64,000 bases of DNA from Flavipsychrobacter sp. (GCA_016786665.1 JAEUVZ010000032.1:1-64000); one strand, 5' to 3'. Positions 48,867-59,895 are shown, counted from the first letter of the stretch. Notes: generated from the sequence alone by a model not told the origin. Made by a program: numbers and translations.

Positions 48867-50867
48867 ATGTTTAGTACCAGTTTGCCTGCCAGTATGAGAT
48901 ATATTGTTTGCCTGCTTATCTGTATGGGATTGGGGCGTTTTTGTGTTGCCCAGGATAAGGTAAAGGGGCTATTGAAAGAGATAGAAGTCAGCCCCAGCGA
49001 CTCGCTGAAAGCGGAGTATTATAAAAAGCTGTACGAATATTACCAGTACACTACGCCGGACTCGGCAATGCATTACGTGGAGCAAGGGCTTTCCTACTTC
49101 CGGAAGGAGGAGTATAAGCCGGGTATAGCCCGCATGATGGGCTTGCGGGGGCAAATGGCCAGCCTGAAAGGAGAGCAGGAGCGGGCGAAGGTCCACTTTA
49201 ACGAAGCGCTGGCCCTGTACAAAGAGGCCGGCGATGATAACGGCATAGCCGTGATAAGCAACAACCTGGGGGTGATAGAAGGACGTACGGGTAACTACCT
49301 GAGAGCCACGAAGTACTTCCTGGCCGCCCTGCACAAGTTTGAAAAAACAGGCAACGAAAAAGGCATAATGAATACCTACCTGAAGCTGGGTACGGTAAAT
49401 GACATTAACAACAACCTGGATAAGGCGCTGGACTACTTTAACAAAGGGCTGCAGATAGCCCTGAAGCAGAAAGATGAGCGCAACACAGCCTACCTGTACA
49501 ACAGCATTGGCATCGTATTCTGCAAAAAGGACATGACGGATACCGGGCTGGTCTGTTTCCAAAAGGCGTATGAGCTTTCGCAATCGCCGGAGATGCTGGA
49601 AACGAAGATACACACCATCATGCACATTGGTAACGCCTACAAAGACCTGAGCAAGTATAATAAGGCGCTGGAGTATTATGACCAGGTGAAAGAGCTGGTA
49701 GACCCGGAGCTGATGCCGGAAACCTATAGCCGCCTGCTGCTGAATATAGCTACTGTAAAGGGCCTTACCAACCAAACGCAGGCGCTGGAAATACTGGACC
49801 AGGCGGGGCAGATAGCACTGGATATTGGCCACCGCGCGCTATACCTGGAGGTGCTGGGCGAGCGTATTACCCTGTACCAGCGGGCGGGTGATTATAAGTC
49901 GGCTTTCCAGGTGCTGGAGCGCTCCAAGACCCTGCAGGACAGTCTCTTTACCGTAGAGAAGAACACGGAAATCGCCAACCTGCAATCGCTGCACGAACTG
50001 CAGCAATCGAATATACGGGTAGAGCAGCTGGAGGCCTCCGAAAAATCGAACACCGCGCAGCGAAACATCATTATAGCCATTGCGGCTATACTGCTGCTCA
50101 CGTTGCTGGCGCTTACATTCTCTTACAGCAAAACGAATAAGCTAAACAGGCAGTTGCTGCTGAGGGAAACCGAGCTGCAACGCTCTAACGCAATAAAGGA
50201 CCGGACGTTCTCTATAATAGGGCACGACCTGAGAGGGCCAATAGCGAATATACCCATGGTGATAGAGTTGTATAAAGACCCGCGCACCTCTGCCGAAGAG
50301 CGCGAGTACATGCTTGACCTGCTGACGGAGAACTCAATGGCCTCGCTGGAAACGCTGGATAAACTCCTGCACTGGGGCAAAGCGCAGATAAAAGGGACCG
50401 CCATATTGCCGAAGGAATTCAGGGCGAGCCACAACGTGCAGCACCAGGTAAGCCTGATAAAGGGCATAGCCAGCAATAAGGATATTACCCTGGAGAACAA
50501 GGTGCCTGCCGATACAATACTGAATGCGGATGAAGACCACTTTAATTTCGTGGTCAGGAACCTGTTGTCGAATGCTATCAAGTTTACGCATCCCGGTGGA
50601 AGCGTTGTTGTAGATGCGGACAGGCACAGCCAGCCAGGGTTCACCATATTCTCCGTATCAGACAGTGGTGTGGGCATCCGGGAAGAGGAGCTGGCGCGCA
50701 TTTTTGAGGCGTTCAACAGCAGTACGCTGGGCACCAACAATGAAGGGGGCACCAGTATAGGACTGATGCTCTGCAAGGAATTTGTAACAGAGAACGGCGG
50801 GAAGATATGGGTGGAAAGTGAGGTGGGCAAAGGTTCTACTTTTTACTTCACCTTCCGGAATGCCTAG
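48867..50867 (+). CDS. Sensor histidine kinase with N-terminal periplasmic TPR repeats, one TM helix, HisKA and HATPase_c domains
   Basis: TPR repeats in the first ~380 aa, then a TM helix (IIIAIAAILLLTLLALTF), an H-box (TFSIIGHDLRGPIANI), and N, G1 and G2 boxes (NLLSNAIKFT...SDSGVGI...GGTSIGL). Confidence 0.8.
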   Translation: MFSTSLPASMRYIVCLLICMGLGRFCVAQDKVKGLLKEIEVSPSDSLKAEYYKKLYEYYQYTTPDSAMHYVEQGLSYFRKEEYKPGIARMMGLRGQMASLKGEQERAKVHFNEALALYKEAGDDNGIAVISNNLGVIEGRTGNYLRATKYFLAALHKFEKTGNEKGIMNTYLKLGTVNDINNNLDKALDYFNKGLQIALKQKDERNTAYLYNSIGIVFCKKDMTDTGLVCFQKAYELSQSPEMLETKIHTIMHIGNAYKDLSKYNKALEYYDQVKELVDPELMPETYSRLLLNIATVKGLTNQTQALEILDQAGQIALDIGHRALYLEVLGERITLYQRAGDYKSAFQVLERSKTLQDSLFTVEKNTEIANLQSLHELQQSNIRVEQLEASEKSNTAQRNIIIAIAAILLLTLLALTFSYSKTNKLNRQLLLRETELQRSNAIKDRTFSIIGHDLRGPIANIPMVIELYKDPRTSAEEREYMLDLLTENSMASLETLDKLLHWGKAQIKGTAILPKEFRASHNVQHQVSLIKGIASNKDITLENKVPADTILNADEDHFNFVVRNLLSNAIKFTHPGGSVVVDADRHSQPGFTIFSVSDSGVGIREEELARIFEAFNSSTLGTNNEGGTSIGLMLCKEFVTENGGKIWVESEVGKGSTFYFTFRNA

Positions 50868-50960
50868 CATGCGTTTCCCGGAAAGTAAAAAGCCATCCGC
50901 ATATGTGGATGGCTTTTTACTGGTTATTATGTGCGTACACCGGTGTACGCCATTGTTGTT

Positions 50961-52181
50961 TTAGTTAGCACTTACGGCATCCTGAACGAGCTGAGCGGCT
51001 TCGCTCAGCAGGATAGCAGACTGCACTTTAAGGCCTGAATTTACTATCAGTTCCTTCGCTTGTTCCGCGTTGGTTCCCTGCAGGCGAACGATGATGGGGA
51101 TATTGATATTGCCCAGCTTGTTGTATGCCTCAATAACACCGGCAGCCACACGGTCGCAACGAACGATACCGCCAAAGATGTTGATAAGGATAGCTTTCAC
51201 GTTCGGGTCTTTCAGAATAATACGGAAGCCTGCTTCTACGGTTTGTGCGTTGGCAGAGCCGCCCACGTCCAGGAAGTTAGCGGGTTCGCCACCAGCCAGT
51301 TTAATCATATCCATGGTAGCCATGGCCAGTCCGGCACCGTTTACCATGCAGCCCACGTTACCGTCCAGCTTCACATAGTTCAGGTTGTATTCGCCGGCTT
51401 CTACTTCGGTTGGGTCTTCTTCGCTTTTGTCGCGCATGTCAGCCAGGTCCGGGTGACGCATCAGTGCGTTTTCGTCCAGGCCCATCTTACAGTCAACGGC
51501 AATGATCTTATCGTCAGCCGATTTGAACAGGGGGTTGATTTCCAGCATAGAGCAATCAAGGCCCACATAGGCGTTGTACAGGTTGGTTACAAACTTCACC
51601 ATGTTCTTGAATGCCTCACCGCTCAGCCCGAAGTTGAAAGCGATTTTACGCGCCTGGAACGCCTGCAGCGGCATGCCGGGGTGTATCCATTCTTTAAATA
51701 TTTTTTCAGGGGTATGGTGCGCTACTTCTTCTATATCCATACCACCCTCGGTGCTGTACATAATTACATTGCGCTTCTCAGCACGGTCCAGCAGTATAGA
51801 GAGGTAAAATTCTTTACGTTCGCTGGGGCCGTCGTAGTACATATCCTGGGCTACCAGTATCTTATTTACTTTCTTGCCCGCTTCACCGGTTTGTATAGTT
51901 ACCAGGGTATTGCCCAGGATGCCTTTCGCTACGCGTTCCACATCTTCCGCGCTCTTCACTACGGATACGCCCGCTTGATCGGGTGCTTCCTTCATGCGGC
52001 CTTTACCACGGCCACCGGCGTGTATCTGTGCTTTAACCACAGCAAATTTGCTTCCGCTGTCTGTAGCTATTTGTTTATATGCATTGAGTGCGTCGTCTAC
52101 TTTTTCAACAGCTATACCTTCCTGTGTAGGTACGCCGTAACGTTTTAAAAGCTCTTTGGCTTGGTACTCATGTAAGTTCAT
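50961..52181 (-). CDS. sucC: Succinate--CoA ligase [ADP-forming] subunit beta
   Basis: MNLHEYQAKELLKRYGVP N-terminus and ATP-grasp region; ~406 aa. Confidence 0.9.
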   Translation of the reverse strand: MNLHEYQAKELLKRYGVPTQEGIAVEKVDDALNAYKQIATDSGSKFAVVKAQIHAGGRGKGRMKEAPDQAGVSVVKSAEDVERVAKGILGNTLVTIQTGEAGKKVNKILVAQDMYYDGPSERKEFYLSILLDRAEKRNVIMYSTEGGMDIEEVAHHTPEKIFKEWIHPGMPLQAFQARKIAFNFGLSGEAFKNMVKFVTNLYNAYVGLDCSMLEINPLFKSADDKIIAVDCKMGLDENALMRHPDLADMRDKSEEDPTEVEAGEYNLNYVKLDGNVGCMVNGAGLAMATMDMIKLAGGEPANFLDVGGSANAQTVEAGFRIILKDPNVKAILINIFGGIVRCDRVAAGVIEAYNKLGNINIPIIVRLQGTNAEQAKELIVNSGLKVQSAILLSEAAQLVQDAVSAN

Positions 52182-52285
52182 GATAGCAAAAAATTTGGGG
52201 CGAAGATAACTTATTAATGTGGGAATGTGAAAATATGCGAATGTGGAAATCCGGAAAGGGTAAGCGAGAGATATAAATTATATAA

Positions 52286-53194
52286 TTATTCAAAAAGTTC
52301 GCTGCCCGTGTACATTACGGGCGGTTTTATGTCTGTTTTACAGTGCTTGTTCAGTTGTTCTATTAAGTATTTTATTAATTCCGGCGAGTGGAGTTCTTCG
52401 TGCTGGTGCATAAAGAAGTAGCAGGTTTCCAGGCCTTCTTTCATCCACTTTTTTATGCGCTTTACCCATTCGTCTATCCGGGAGTAGTCGGTAGGATGGA
52501 GGCCGTTGCCTACAAAGCGGATAAAGCACTCCGGGGTGGAGAGGTGCATATGCACACAATCGCGCCTGCCGGCAGCATCGGTGATGACCGTACCACGTTT
52601 CTTTTTTCTCAGGAACTCGAATAGCGCAGGGTCGTACCCATCACCTGTCTCGTACCAGCCACCATGGCGAAGCTCTAAGAACAGGTCAATGTCCTTAGGA
52701 ATATCAGTGATGAACTCTTCTATGGTATCCAGGCTTTTAGGGGCCATCTGCGGATGCGGCAGCAGGAATATAGGCCCCAACTTCTTACCGAACGCTGATA
52801 CTATTTCCAGGTAAGCATCTACATCCGCCCGGGTATTCTTCAGTCTCTTCAGGTGAGTAATGGTCTGCGTGAATTTAGGGCAGAACAGGAAATCTTTCGG
52901 AACAGCATTCGCCCACTTTTGCACCACCTCTCCAGAGTGCGGGCTATAGAAGAACCCGTTGAACTCGATAGAGTTGAACTGTGTAGCATAGTGCGCCAGG
53001 AAGTCCTTTTCTTTCGTCCCTTTCGGGTATAGCTTTCCGATCCAGTCCTTACGCCCCCATTTGGCGCAGCCCACGTAGAATTTCGTGTTGCCCTTTCCTT
53101 TCTTTAATACTTCCGTGGTGACCTTGGGGTCTTTGGGTAGTTTAAAATCAATACTATCCAGGTCTATTACTTCATCTACTTTTCCGAAATCCAT
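52286..53194 (-). CDS. DUF72 (YecE-like) family protein
   Basis: KFYVGCAKWGRKDW.G.LYP...DFL..YA..FNSIEFN..FY pattern. Confidence 0.7.
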   Translation of the reverse strand: MDFGKVDEVIDLDSIDFKLPKDPKVTTEVLKKGKGNTKFYVGCAKWGRKDWIGKLYPKGTKEKDFLAHYATQFNSIEFNGFFYSPHSGEVVQKWANAVPKDFLFCPKFTQTITHLKRLKNTRADVDAYLEIVSAFGKKLGPIFLLPHPQMAPKSLDTIEEFITDIPKDIDLFLELRHGGWYETGDGYDPALFEFLRKKKRGTVITDAAGRRDCVHMHLSTPECFIRFVGNGLHPTDYSRIDEWVKRIKKWMKEGLETCYFFMHQHEELHSPELIKYLIEQLNKHCKTDIKPPVMYTGSELFE

Positions 53195-53256
53195 GATTGT
53201 ATTTTTGTGAAATTGGATATTTGATAAACCAAATCGCTCTACAAATGAAAGGGATG

Positions 53257-54354
53257 CTATTTGATGGAAGTGCTACCGTTGTTTCTATCCATGTAGATAG
53301 CCAATTTTTCATAGAGCATTTTCTTGATATAATTTTCCATGTAGTGATAATCAGGTTGTCCTGTGTGGTTTATTGGTAACATAATTTTTAAGACTTTTAA
53401 TCTTTGGTTGTTGATGGAATAACCATGACCAAATTTGCCTCTCTGAGCTGTAATGCATCGTGATATATACAGCAAAACAAATTCGCTCAATTTATTTTTG
53501 GGGAATAGAGACGTAACGTGATTATCTAGTAAGTAATCACTAGGTTGGTAAAATGAAATGCCTGCGCCACCATCTCCATCATTGTTCAGTGTCAAACTTT
53601 TTTTTGCATAGAGTTTTTTGTTTGATTGAGTTGCAAAGTCTTTATAGCCATTTTCTCCTTTTTTTGCTGAGACCAATGGGATATTCCCTTTTTTAATACT
53701 CATCATGTTATTTTGATCGCCTTTCTCAAAATCAAATAAATCAACTATCTTAAACTCTCCCCACGCTTTTTTTTCAATAGGCTCAACTGGTTTAAAGTCT
53801 TTTAATATTATGAGACGTTTGCTTATGTAGTTGTGGTATTCCTGTAGTTTCTGTTGCTGCTTCTGTAGCATATACTGCTCCATAAAAGCATAATCAGGTT
53901 TGCCTTTTAAATCTACTGGTAAAAGAATTTTACTTCGCTTTAGTCTTGTAAGTGTTGCACCATTGCCGCCCCAACTAAATTTCTCCATTTGTTTTTTTAT
54001 CAATGGGATTATAAATTGAGAAGTAAAATGATTCAGGTTGTCGTTTGACAATATTTGAATATTCTGTCCTGTGTAGAATGAATTAGATTGATAAAAAACC
54101 GTTTGAGTGTCTAATCCAATAGTAATGACATTTTTGCTGTCCTGCTTAAATTTTTCATCCTGAACGCCAACAAAAAAATCGATACCATTATTTTTATCAG
54201 ACCTTGTTATATATGGTATATCCCCCTTTTTGTTATTTAATTTATTTTTGTCAATTCCACTACTTGTAGAATAGATTTTGAAAATGTCTTCGAAAACGAA
54301 TTCACTCCAACTAGTTTTTTTTAGGTCCATTTTTTGAAGCTTATTGGTTCTCAA
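53257..54354 (-). CDS. Restriction-modification specificity subunit (HsdS-like; BcgI-B-like) with two target-recognition half-repeats
   Basis: Two TRD + conserved-helix modules (GATLTRLKRSKILLPVDLKGKPDYAFMEQYM.. and GYSINNQRLKVLKIMLPINHTGQPDYHYMENYI..). AT-rich. It overlaps the upstream MTase gene by 14 nt. Confidence 0.8.
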   Translation of the reverse strand: MRTNKLQKMDLKKTSWSEFVFEDIFKIYSTSSGIDKNKLNNKKGDIPYITRSDKNNGIDFFVGVQDEKFKQDSKNVITIGLDTQTVFYQSNSFYTGQNIQILSNDNLNHFTSQFIIPLIKKQMEKFSWGGNGATLTRLKRSKILLPVDLKGKPDYAFMEQYMLQKQQQKLQEYHNYISKRLIILKDFKPVEPIEKKAWGEFKIVDLFDFEKGDQNNMMSIKKGNIPLVSAKKGENGYKDFATQSNKKLYAKKSLTLNNDGDGGAGISFYQPSDYLLDNHVTSLFPKNKLSEFVLLYISRCITAQRGKFGHGYSINNQRLKVLKIMLPINHTGQPDYHYMENYIKKMLYEKLAIYMDRNNGSTSIK

Positions 54355-56260
54355 ATAAATAACTTCTTCCTTGCATTATCATGCTAAACTCAAAAGTAAG
54401 ATAGTCGGCAATCGTTTTTTCGAAGTCTTCAGCTTTGGGAGTTTCGTCATTAAAATAATAAAACGAGTGTAACCATTCGTCTTCGGGTTCAATGGTAGTC
54501 CTAACCATAAATTTGCTTTCTGATGGTTTGTCATGTAGCCAACAGTCGAGCAAGTGAGCCTTTTGAGATTTTGCTCTAGTTGTTTCTACCAAACCAATAT
54601 GCTTGCTCACTATAAAGCCATCATCTTCATAGTTAACGAATTTACAGTGCTTTTTATCTGAGTGTGGTTTGTGTGCTGTAAAGATTGCTATACAAGGATT
54701 TGTACCTACACCATAAAAAGTATTTTTGTTTAAAGTAATTACGCCTTCTAGTGTATGATTATTGAGAATTTGTTTTTTTATAGCTTTGTCTTCTTTTGTT
54801 TTACCGACCATTGTGGACTGCGGTACGATAGCGACACATCTGCCATTTTCAGCCAAACTATCTAACAAATGTTTTATAAAATTGATTTCGGATAGATGCG
54901 CTGTGTCTTTGCCTTTTGCTTGTGAATACGGTGGATTTATAAAGCCAACGGAGTAATTGTTCTTTCGTAAATCTTCCGCTCTGCGCCTTAAAAAATCGTC
55001 TTTTATTAAGTTGCTTTTCCCATCTCCACGCAGAATCATATTGGTCGTAGCAATGGCAAACATGTCTTCGCGAATTTCAATTCCGTGAATATGCTCTTTT
55101 TTGATTTTGTCCTTCTCTTTCCCCTTGGCCTCGTTTAGCATTTTGTGCATACCTGCAATCAGAAAGCCGCCAGTACCACAACAAGGATCAAAAACTCTAT
55201 CAGAAGGTTTTAAGTCAATGATTTCTGAGAATAATTCTGTTATATGTTTGGGTGTCAGAACAACCCCTAATGTTTGTCCATCACCACCACTATACCGAAT
55301 AAATTCTCCATAAAAACGTCCTAGAACATCTTCGGTAGAGTTCGAAGTAACAGAAGATAGAATGTTCTTCTGAATGTATTCAGCAAAGTATTTTAAAGGC
55401 GTTTTTTCTAAATAATTGTTTTTCGAAATTTCAACTTTTAATCTTTCGTCTTTTTGGTTTAGTAAAGTCCTGTCTTTGATTAACGTAAATTGATTTAAAA
55501 CTTGATTTTTCTTTACTTCAGGTTGTACTTCAACTCTTGTCATATGTGTTGTAAGCGCATCAAATATTTTCTGTCCATCTGTCTTTAGAGTATCTCCTGA
55601 CAAGGAGTCAATTGTGAATGATTCTTCACTTAGTGCTAGTAAGATGGCCGATACAACTAAGGGTTTTTCAGAATCACCGAGCTGCCCATAGTTACGTAGT
55701 GCTTCGTGCAGCTCAGAAGATTTTTTTAATATATCTTCCAGCTCTAGCGTTTCCTGTGGGGTTTCTCCTAATACTTGTTCCTTGTAATACTTCTCGATGT
55801 TTGCACTTGAAAAATTCTCAAAATTCTCTACCTTTTCGAGTAGTTTGTAGCCTGCCTTATTTACAAATATTGGTCTAACTATGTGGTGCTTTTCGTCCCC
55901 TGAGCAGCCAAACGCGAATATTTTTTTAAAGCTGGTTTTCTGTAAAATTTCATTTGCGTAAAAAAGTGCTCCATTTTCGGCGTAGTTGGTAACTGCCTTT
56001 TTCTCAATTGAGAGAATTTGTTTGTCTTCGTCAGCATACAAAACCTGTTTTTCAAGTGCAGATTTGTTTTCAATAACGAGTATAAAGTCTTTGGAAATTG
56101 CTACGAATTCAGGAAAGCCTGATTTTCCAGTTCCTTTTTTGGAAGCTGTCTTTAATGCTTGCTGTATTTCTTTTATGTCGCTTCCGTTCGGAGTGTAACT
56201 GATGTCCGCACTTTCAAGAAGTCTACTTATAAATATGTCAGTTTTTTTTTCGTTGGCCAT
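54341..56260 (-). CDS. Fused PD-(D/E)xK nuclease / N6-adenine DNA methyltransferase (BcgI-A-like type IIB R-M subunit)
   Basis: N-terminal ..GFPEFVAISKDFILVIENK (PE...ExK nuclease motif). MTase motif I is VFDPCCGTGGFL and motif IV is NPPY. At 639 aa with a ~365-aa S subunit and no separate HsdR, it resembles the BcgIA (637 aa) / BcgIB (341 aa) pair. Confidence 0.65.
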   Translation of the reverse strand: MANEKKTDIFISRLLESADISYTPNGSDIKEIQQALKTASKKGTGKSGFPEFVAISKDFILVIENKSALEKQVLYADEDKQILSIEKKAVTNYAENGALFYANEILQKTSFKKIFAFGCSGDEKHHIVRPIFVNKAGYKLLEKVENFENFSSANIEKYYKEQVLGETPQETLELEDILKKSSELHEALRNYGQLGDSEKPLVVSAILLALSEESFTIDSLSGDTLKTDGQKIFDALTTHMTRVEVQPEVKKNQVLNQFTLIKDRTLLNQKDERLKVEISKNNYLEKTPLKYFAEYIQKNILSSVTSNSTEDVLGRFYGEFIRYSGGDGQTLGVVLTPKHITELFSEIIDLKPSDRVFDPCCGTGGFLIAGMHKMLNEAKGKEKDKIKKEHIHGIEIREDMFAIATTNMILRGDGKSNLIKDDFLRRRAEDLRKNNYSVGFINPPYSQAKGKDTAHLSEINFIKHLLDSLAENGRCVAIVPQSTMVGKTKEDKAIKKQILNNHTLEGVITLNKNTFYGVGTNPCIAIFTAHKPHSDKKHCKFVNYEDDGFIVSKHIGLVETTRAKSQKAHLLDCWLHDKPSESKFMVRTTIEPEDEWLHSFYYFNDETPKAEDFEKTIADYLTFEFSMIMQGRSYLFENQ

Positions 56261-56439
56261 TTTATTAGTCTGATTTACAGAATATAGACAAAAGTAGAGT
56301 TCTAATGATAATTTTCTAACCTTTGGGACTTTAATTATTCTGTGCTTTGGAACTAAAACACAATAGACCGCCGAAGCGGTCTATTGTGGATATCTTGTAG
56401 CGAGCAGGGCAACCGTAAAGGATTGCCCCTACATTTCTG

Positions 56440-57651
56440 TTAGCCTTTAATTGCCGCTATGCCCGGTAGTTCTTTTCCTTCAAACAGTTCCAGTAGCGCA
56501 CCACCGCCGGTAGATACATAGCTTACCTGTGTGGTGTAGCCGAATTTGTTCACTGCGGCTACGCTGTCGCCACCACCTACCAGCGAGTAAGCTCCGTCGG
56601 CGGTTGCTTCTGCTACAGCATCTGCTATCGCTTTAGTGCCGTTCTGGAATTTTTCCATCTCGAATACTCCCATAGGGCCATTCCAAAGTATGGTTTTAGA
56701 ATCCTTGATGACCTTTGTAAAGTTCTGGCAGGCGAGCTGGCCTATGTCCAGTCCCATCCATCCGTCAGGTATCTCTGAGTTTATAGCTGATGAGGTATTA
56801 GCGTCAGCGGCAAATTTATCTGCAATGATGCTATCTGCAGGAAGGTGTATGCATACGCCTTTGTCTTTTGCTTTTTGCAGCAGATCGCGGGCCATATCCA
56901 GGCGGTCGTCTTCGCAAAGGGATGTGCCGATGTGCCCACCCTCCGCTTTAAAGAACGTATACGCCATACCACCGCCAATGATGATGTCGGTTGCCCGGTC
57001 CAGAAGGTTTTCAATAATTAGTATTTTATCAGAAACCTTTGCTCCGCCAATGATTGCGGTAAAGGGCTTTTTGTTATTGTTGAGTACTTGTTCCGCAGCG
57101 GAAACCTCGCCTTCCATCAGCAGGCCGAACATGCGGCTGTCTGAATTAAAGAACTGCGCGATAACAGCGGTAGAAGCATGCGCGCGGTGAGCGGTGCCAA
57201 ATGCATCGTTCACATAAACATCCCCCAGCTTAGAGAGCTTTTCGGCCATAGCCTTGTCGCCTTTTTCTTCTTCTTTGTAGTAGCGCAGGTTTTCCAGGAG
57301 TAGTACCTGCCCCGGTTGCAGGTTGGCGGCTTTTTGTGCGGCATCTTCACCGAGCGCATCTTCGGCAAACAGCACTTCTTTATCCAGCAGGGTAGAGAGG
57401 TGTTCTGCTACGGGCTTCAGTGAGAAATCAGCCAGCGTAAGGTGTGGCTTTTTTTCGATGTCTTTATGCGGACGACCGAAGTGGCTCATCAGTATCACGC
57501 TACCGCCGTCTTCCAGCACTTTTTCTATGGTTGGTAATGCTGCTTTGATACGAGTATCGTCTGTGATCTTCCCTTCTTTGATAGGTACGTTGAAGTCGAC
57601 ACGAATAAGTGCTTTTTGGCCGTTGAAGTTATGGTTGTTGAATTTGCTCAT
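56440..57651 (-). CDS. pgk: Phosphoglycerate kinase
   Basis: N-terminus [10 protein letters not shown] and hinge and nucleotide-binding motifs; ~403 aa. Confidence 0.92.
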   Translation of the reverse strand: MSKFNNHNFNGQKALIRVDFNVPIKEGKITDDTRIKAALPTIEKVLEDGGSVILMSHFGRPHKDIEKKPHLTLADFSLKPVAEHLSTLLDKEVLFAEDALGEDAAQKAANLQPGQVLLLENLRYYKEEEKGDKAMAEKLSKLGDVYVNDAFGTAHRAHASTAVIAQFFNSDSRMFGLLMEGEVSAAEQVLNNNKKPFTAIIGGAKVSDKILIIENLLDRATDIIIGGGMAYTFFKAEGGHIGTSLCEDDRLDMARDLLQKAKDKGVCIHLPADSIIADKFAADANTSSAINSEIPDGWMGLDIGQLACQNFTKVIKDSKTILWNGPMGVFEMEKFQNGTKAIADAVAEATADGAYSLVGGGDSVAAVNKFGYTTQVSYVSTGGGALLELFEGKELPGIAAIKG

Positions 57652-57653
57652 GG

Positions 57654-58001
57654 TTATATAATTTCTACCAAGTCAAAGCCTGACTTTGTTATCAGGTCAA
57701 TAGACTGTTGGAATGAAGAATAAAGTTTCGTTTTTAAATCGGCATTAGATATGTTGCCAACGCCCAAAAATATTATGGCCGGAGGCGCTTTAAGTTGGTT
57801 AAGTAGCTTAATGTAATCTTTATCTTTCGTTATGAAAATTGCGTTTGCCTTTTTTGCTTTCATGAAGATGCTGTAGTCAGTTTCTATGAAAAAGTCAAGC
57901 TTATACGAAGAAACGGCCTCAACATCGAAAGTTTGATTAAGCCATTTGCAGATAGATGCTGAAATGTGAACATCCATCCATATCAATGGTTTAGGCCGCA
58001 T
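57654..58001 (-). CDS. DUF5615-family PIN-like protein (putative TA toxin)
   Basis: 115 aa, AT-rich. It overlaps the upstream DUF433 gene and lies 2 nt from the pgk start. Confidence 0.5.
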   Translation of the reverse strand: MRPKPLIWMDVHISASICKWLNQTFDVEAVSSYKLDFFIETDYSIFMKAKKANAIFITKDKDYIKLLNQLKAPPAIIFLGVGNISNADLKTKLYSSFQQSIDLITKSGFDLVEII

Positions 58002-58234
58002 GGACGATGGCTGTGTTATTAACAGTCATTGATGCGTATAAAAGGCAAGCGGTAATGTCCTCCTTTTCGAGTATAGGATGCTCTTCAAGAATCAATTCCG
58101 CACTCATACCGTTGGCAAGCATTTCCAGTACATCAATAACACGAAAACGCATCCCCCTTATTATCGGCTTACCGCTGAAGATACCAGGGTTGTTCGTAAT
58201 GCGTTTTAAAAGCTGGTCTATTTCTGCCTGTGTC
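57991..58234 (-). CDS. DUF433 domain protein (putative antitoxin partner)
   Basis: MTQAEIDQLLKRITNNPGIFSGKPIIRGMRFRVIDVLEMLANGMSAELILEEHPILEKEDITACLLYA matches the DUF433 pattern (GKP.I.GTR..V..VL..L..G.S.EEIL..YP.L..EDI.A.L.YA). Confidence 0.6.
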
Positions 58235-58298
58235 ATAGGTATAAAATTACAATAAAAAACAGAGCCTCCCAAAAGGAGGCTCTGTTTCTGATTTATAC

Positions 58299-59309
58299 TT
58301 ATTTTATCAATCCTGCAAAGTGCTTCACCGTACGCACCAGCTGAGATACATAGCTCATTTCGTTGTCGTACCAGCTAACAGTCTTCACCATTTGCGTATC
58401 GCCAACAGTGATTACCTTGGTTTGGGTAGCATCAAACAGGGAACCGTAAGAGGTGCCGATGATATCGCTGGAAACGATTTCGTCTTCGTTGTAACCGAAG
58501 CTTTCGTTAGCTGCGGCTTTCATAGCGGCGTTGATTTCTTCAGCCGTTGTTTTCTTGCCCAGTACAGAAACCAGTTCCGTTAAAGAACCTGTAACGGTAG
58601 GAACGCGTTGCGCACCACCGTCCAGTTTACCCTTCAGTTCAGGCAGTACCAGTCCGATAGCTTTAGCGGCACCGGTTGAGTTAGGGATGATATTTTCCGC
58701 GGCAGCACGTGCACGGCGCAGGTCGCCTTTTGCGTGAGGAGCGTCCAGTGTGTTCTGGTCGTTGGTGTAAGCGTGGATAGTGCTCATAAGGCCGGTAACG
58801 ATACCGTAGTTGTCTTGCAGCACTTTAGCCATAGGAGCCAGGCAGTTGGTGGTGCAGGAAGCACAGCTGATAACTGTTTCGCTACCATCCAGTATGTCGT
58901 GGTTCACGTTGAATACTACTGTCTTCATTTCGCCGGTAGCAGGAGCAGATATAACCACACGCTTAGCGCCGGCGGTAATGTGCGCTTCCGCTTTTTCTTT
59001 ATCGGTAAAGAAGCCGGTACATTCCAGTACTACATCTACACCGTGCTGTCCCCAGGGTATTTGCGCCGGGTCTTTTTGAGCGTATATTTTCACTTCGTTG
59101 CCATTCACCGTAATTGAGTTATCGGTGAAGGTTACATCCTGGTTGAAACGGCCCTGCGCGGTGTCGTACTTCAGCAGGTGCGCCAGAACGTTAGGTTTTG
59201 TCAGGTCGTTGATAGCAACTACTTCAATACCTTCCATGTTGTAGATCTGGCGGAAAGCCAGGCGGCCAATACGTCCAAAACCGTTAATGGCAACTTTTAC
59301 TTTACTCAT
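58299..59309 (-). CDS. gap: Type I glyceraldehyde-3-phosphate dehydrogenase
   Basis: INGFGRIGR Rossmann motif, catalytic SCTTNC, ~336 aa. Confidence 0.92.
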   Translation of the reverse strand: MSKVKVAINGFGRIGRLAFRQIYNMEGIEVVAINDLTKPNVLAHLLKYDTAQGRFNQDVTFTDNSITVNGNEVKIYAQKDPAQIPWGQHGVDVVLECTGFFTDKEKAEAHITAGAKRVVISAPATGEMKTVVFNVNHDILDGSETVISCASCTTNCLAPMAKVLQDNYGIVTGLMSTIHAYTNDQNTLDAPHAKGDLRRARAAAENIIPNSTGAAKAIGLVLPELKGKLDGGAQRVPTVTGSLTELVSVLGKKTTAEEINAAMKAAANESFGYNEDEIVSSDIIGTSYGSLFDATQTKVITVGDTQMVKTVSWYDNEMSYVSQLVRTVKHFAGLIK

Positions 59310-59362
59310 TTTATAGTTTTTTAAAATATCTGATTACGAAATCGTGGCGCAAAGGTACGGTC

Positions 59363-59893
59363 ATGTTATATAAAAACCAATCGATTATAGCAGGGCAAAT
59401 GTTATTTAGCGTTAAAAGATGTCCCCGGGCCCGCAAAATAGGCTGGTTGGGCGCCTATATGGTGTATCATCTGGAAAAAGCTTTCTATTTTTCGGGTATG
59501 AACGGTATGGAAGGAGATAACAAAGTATGGCAGGTCTCGGCCAACTTCCGCTGGATAGAGAATCTGCATATATTGCTTTGGTTGTTTAAAGACCTTTGCT
59601 GGGCGCTGGAGTTCAGGCCGGGTGGGGTGGTGATGATAGTGCCTACCGTGGCGGTGGCCTTCTACATTACCTGGCGCTCACGCGGAATGCGTGCGGAGGT
59701 GTACCACAATATTGCCGTTTGCTGCTGGATACTCGCTAACTCTACCTGGATGCTCGGCGAGTTCTTTGGTTTCGACGAGGTGGGCAAGCTGGTAGCTGCG
59801 GGGCTGTTCGCCACCGGTATATTGCTGCTGGCTTATTACTATCTGCGTTTTTTCCGCAAAGACCGGAAACGGGAAGCCGAGCTGAACCGCTAA
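59363..59893 (+). CDS. Hypothetical integral membrane protein
   Basis: Several hydrophobic helices; start codon uncertain; no domain recognised. Confidence 0.4.
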   Translation: MLYKNQSIIAGQMLFSVKRCPRARKIGWLGAYMVYHLEKAFYFSGMNGMEGDNKVWQVSANFRWIENLHILLWLFKDLCWALEFRPGGVVMIVPTVAVAFYITWRSRGMRAEVYHNIAVCCWILANSTWMLGEFFGFDEVGKLVAAGLFATGILLLAYYYLRFFRKDRKREAELNR

Positions 59894-59895
59894 TA

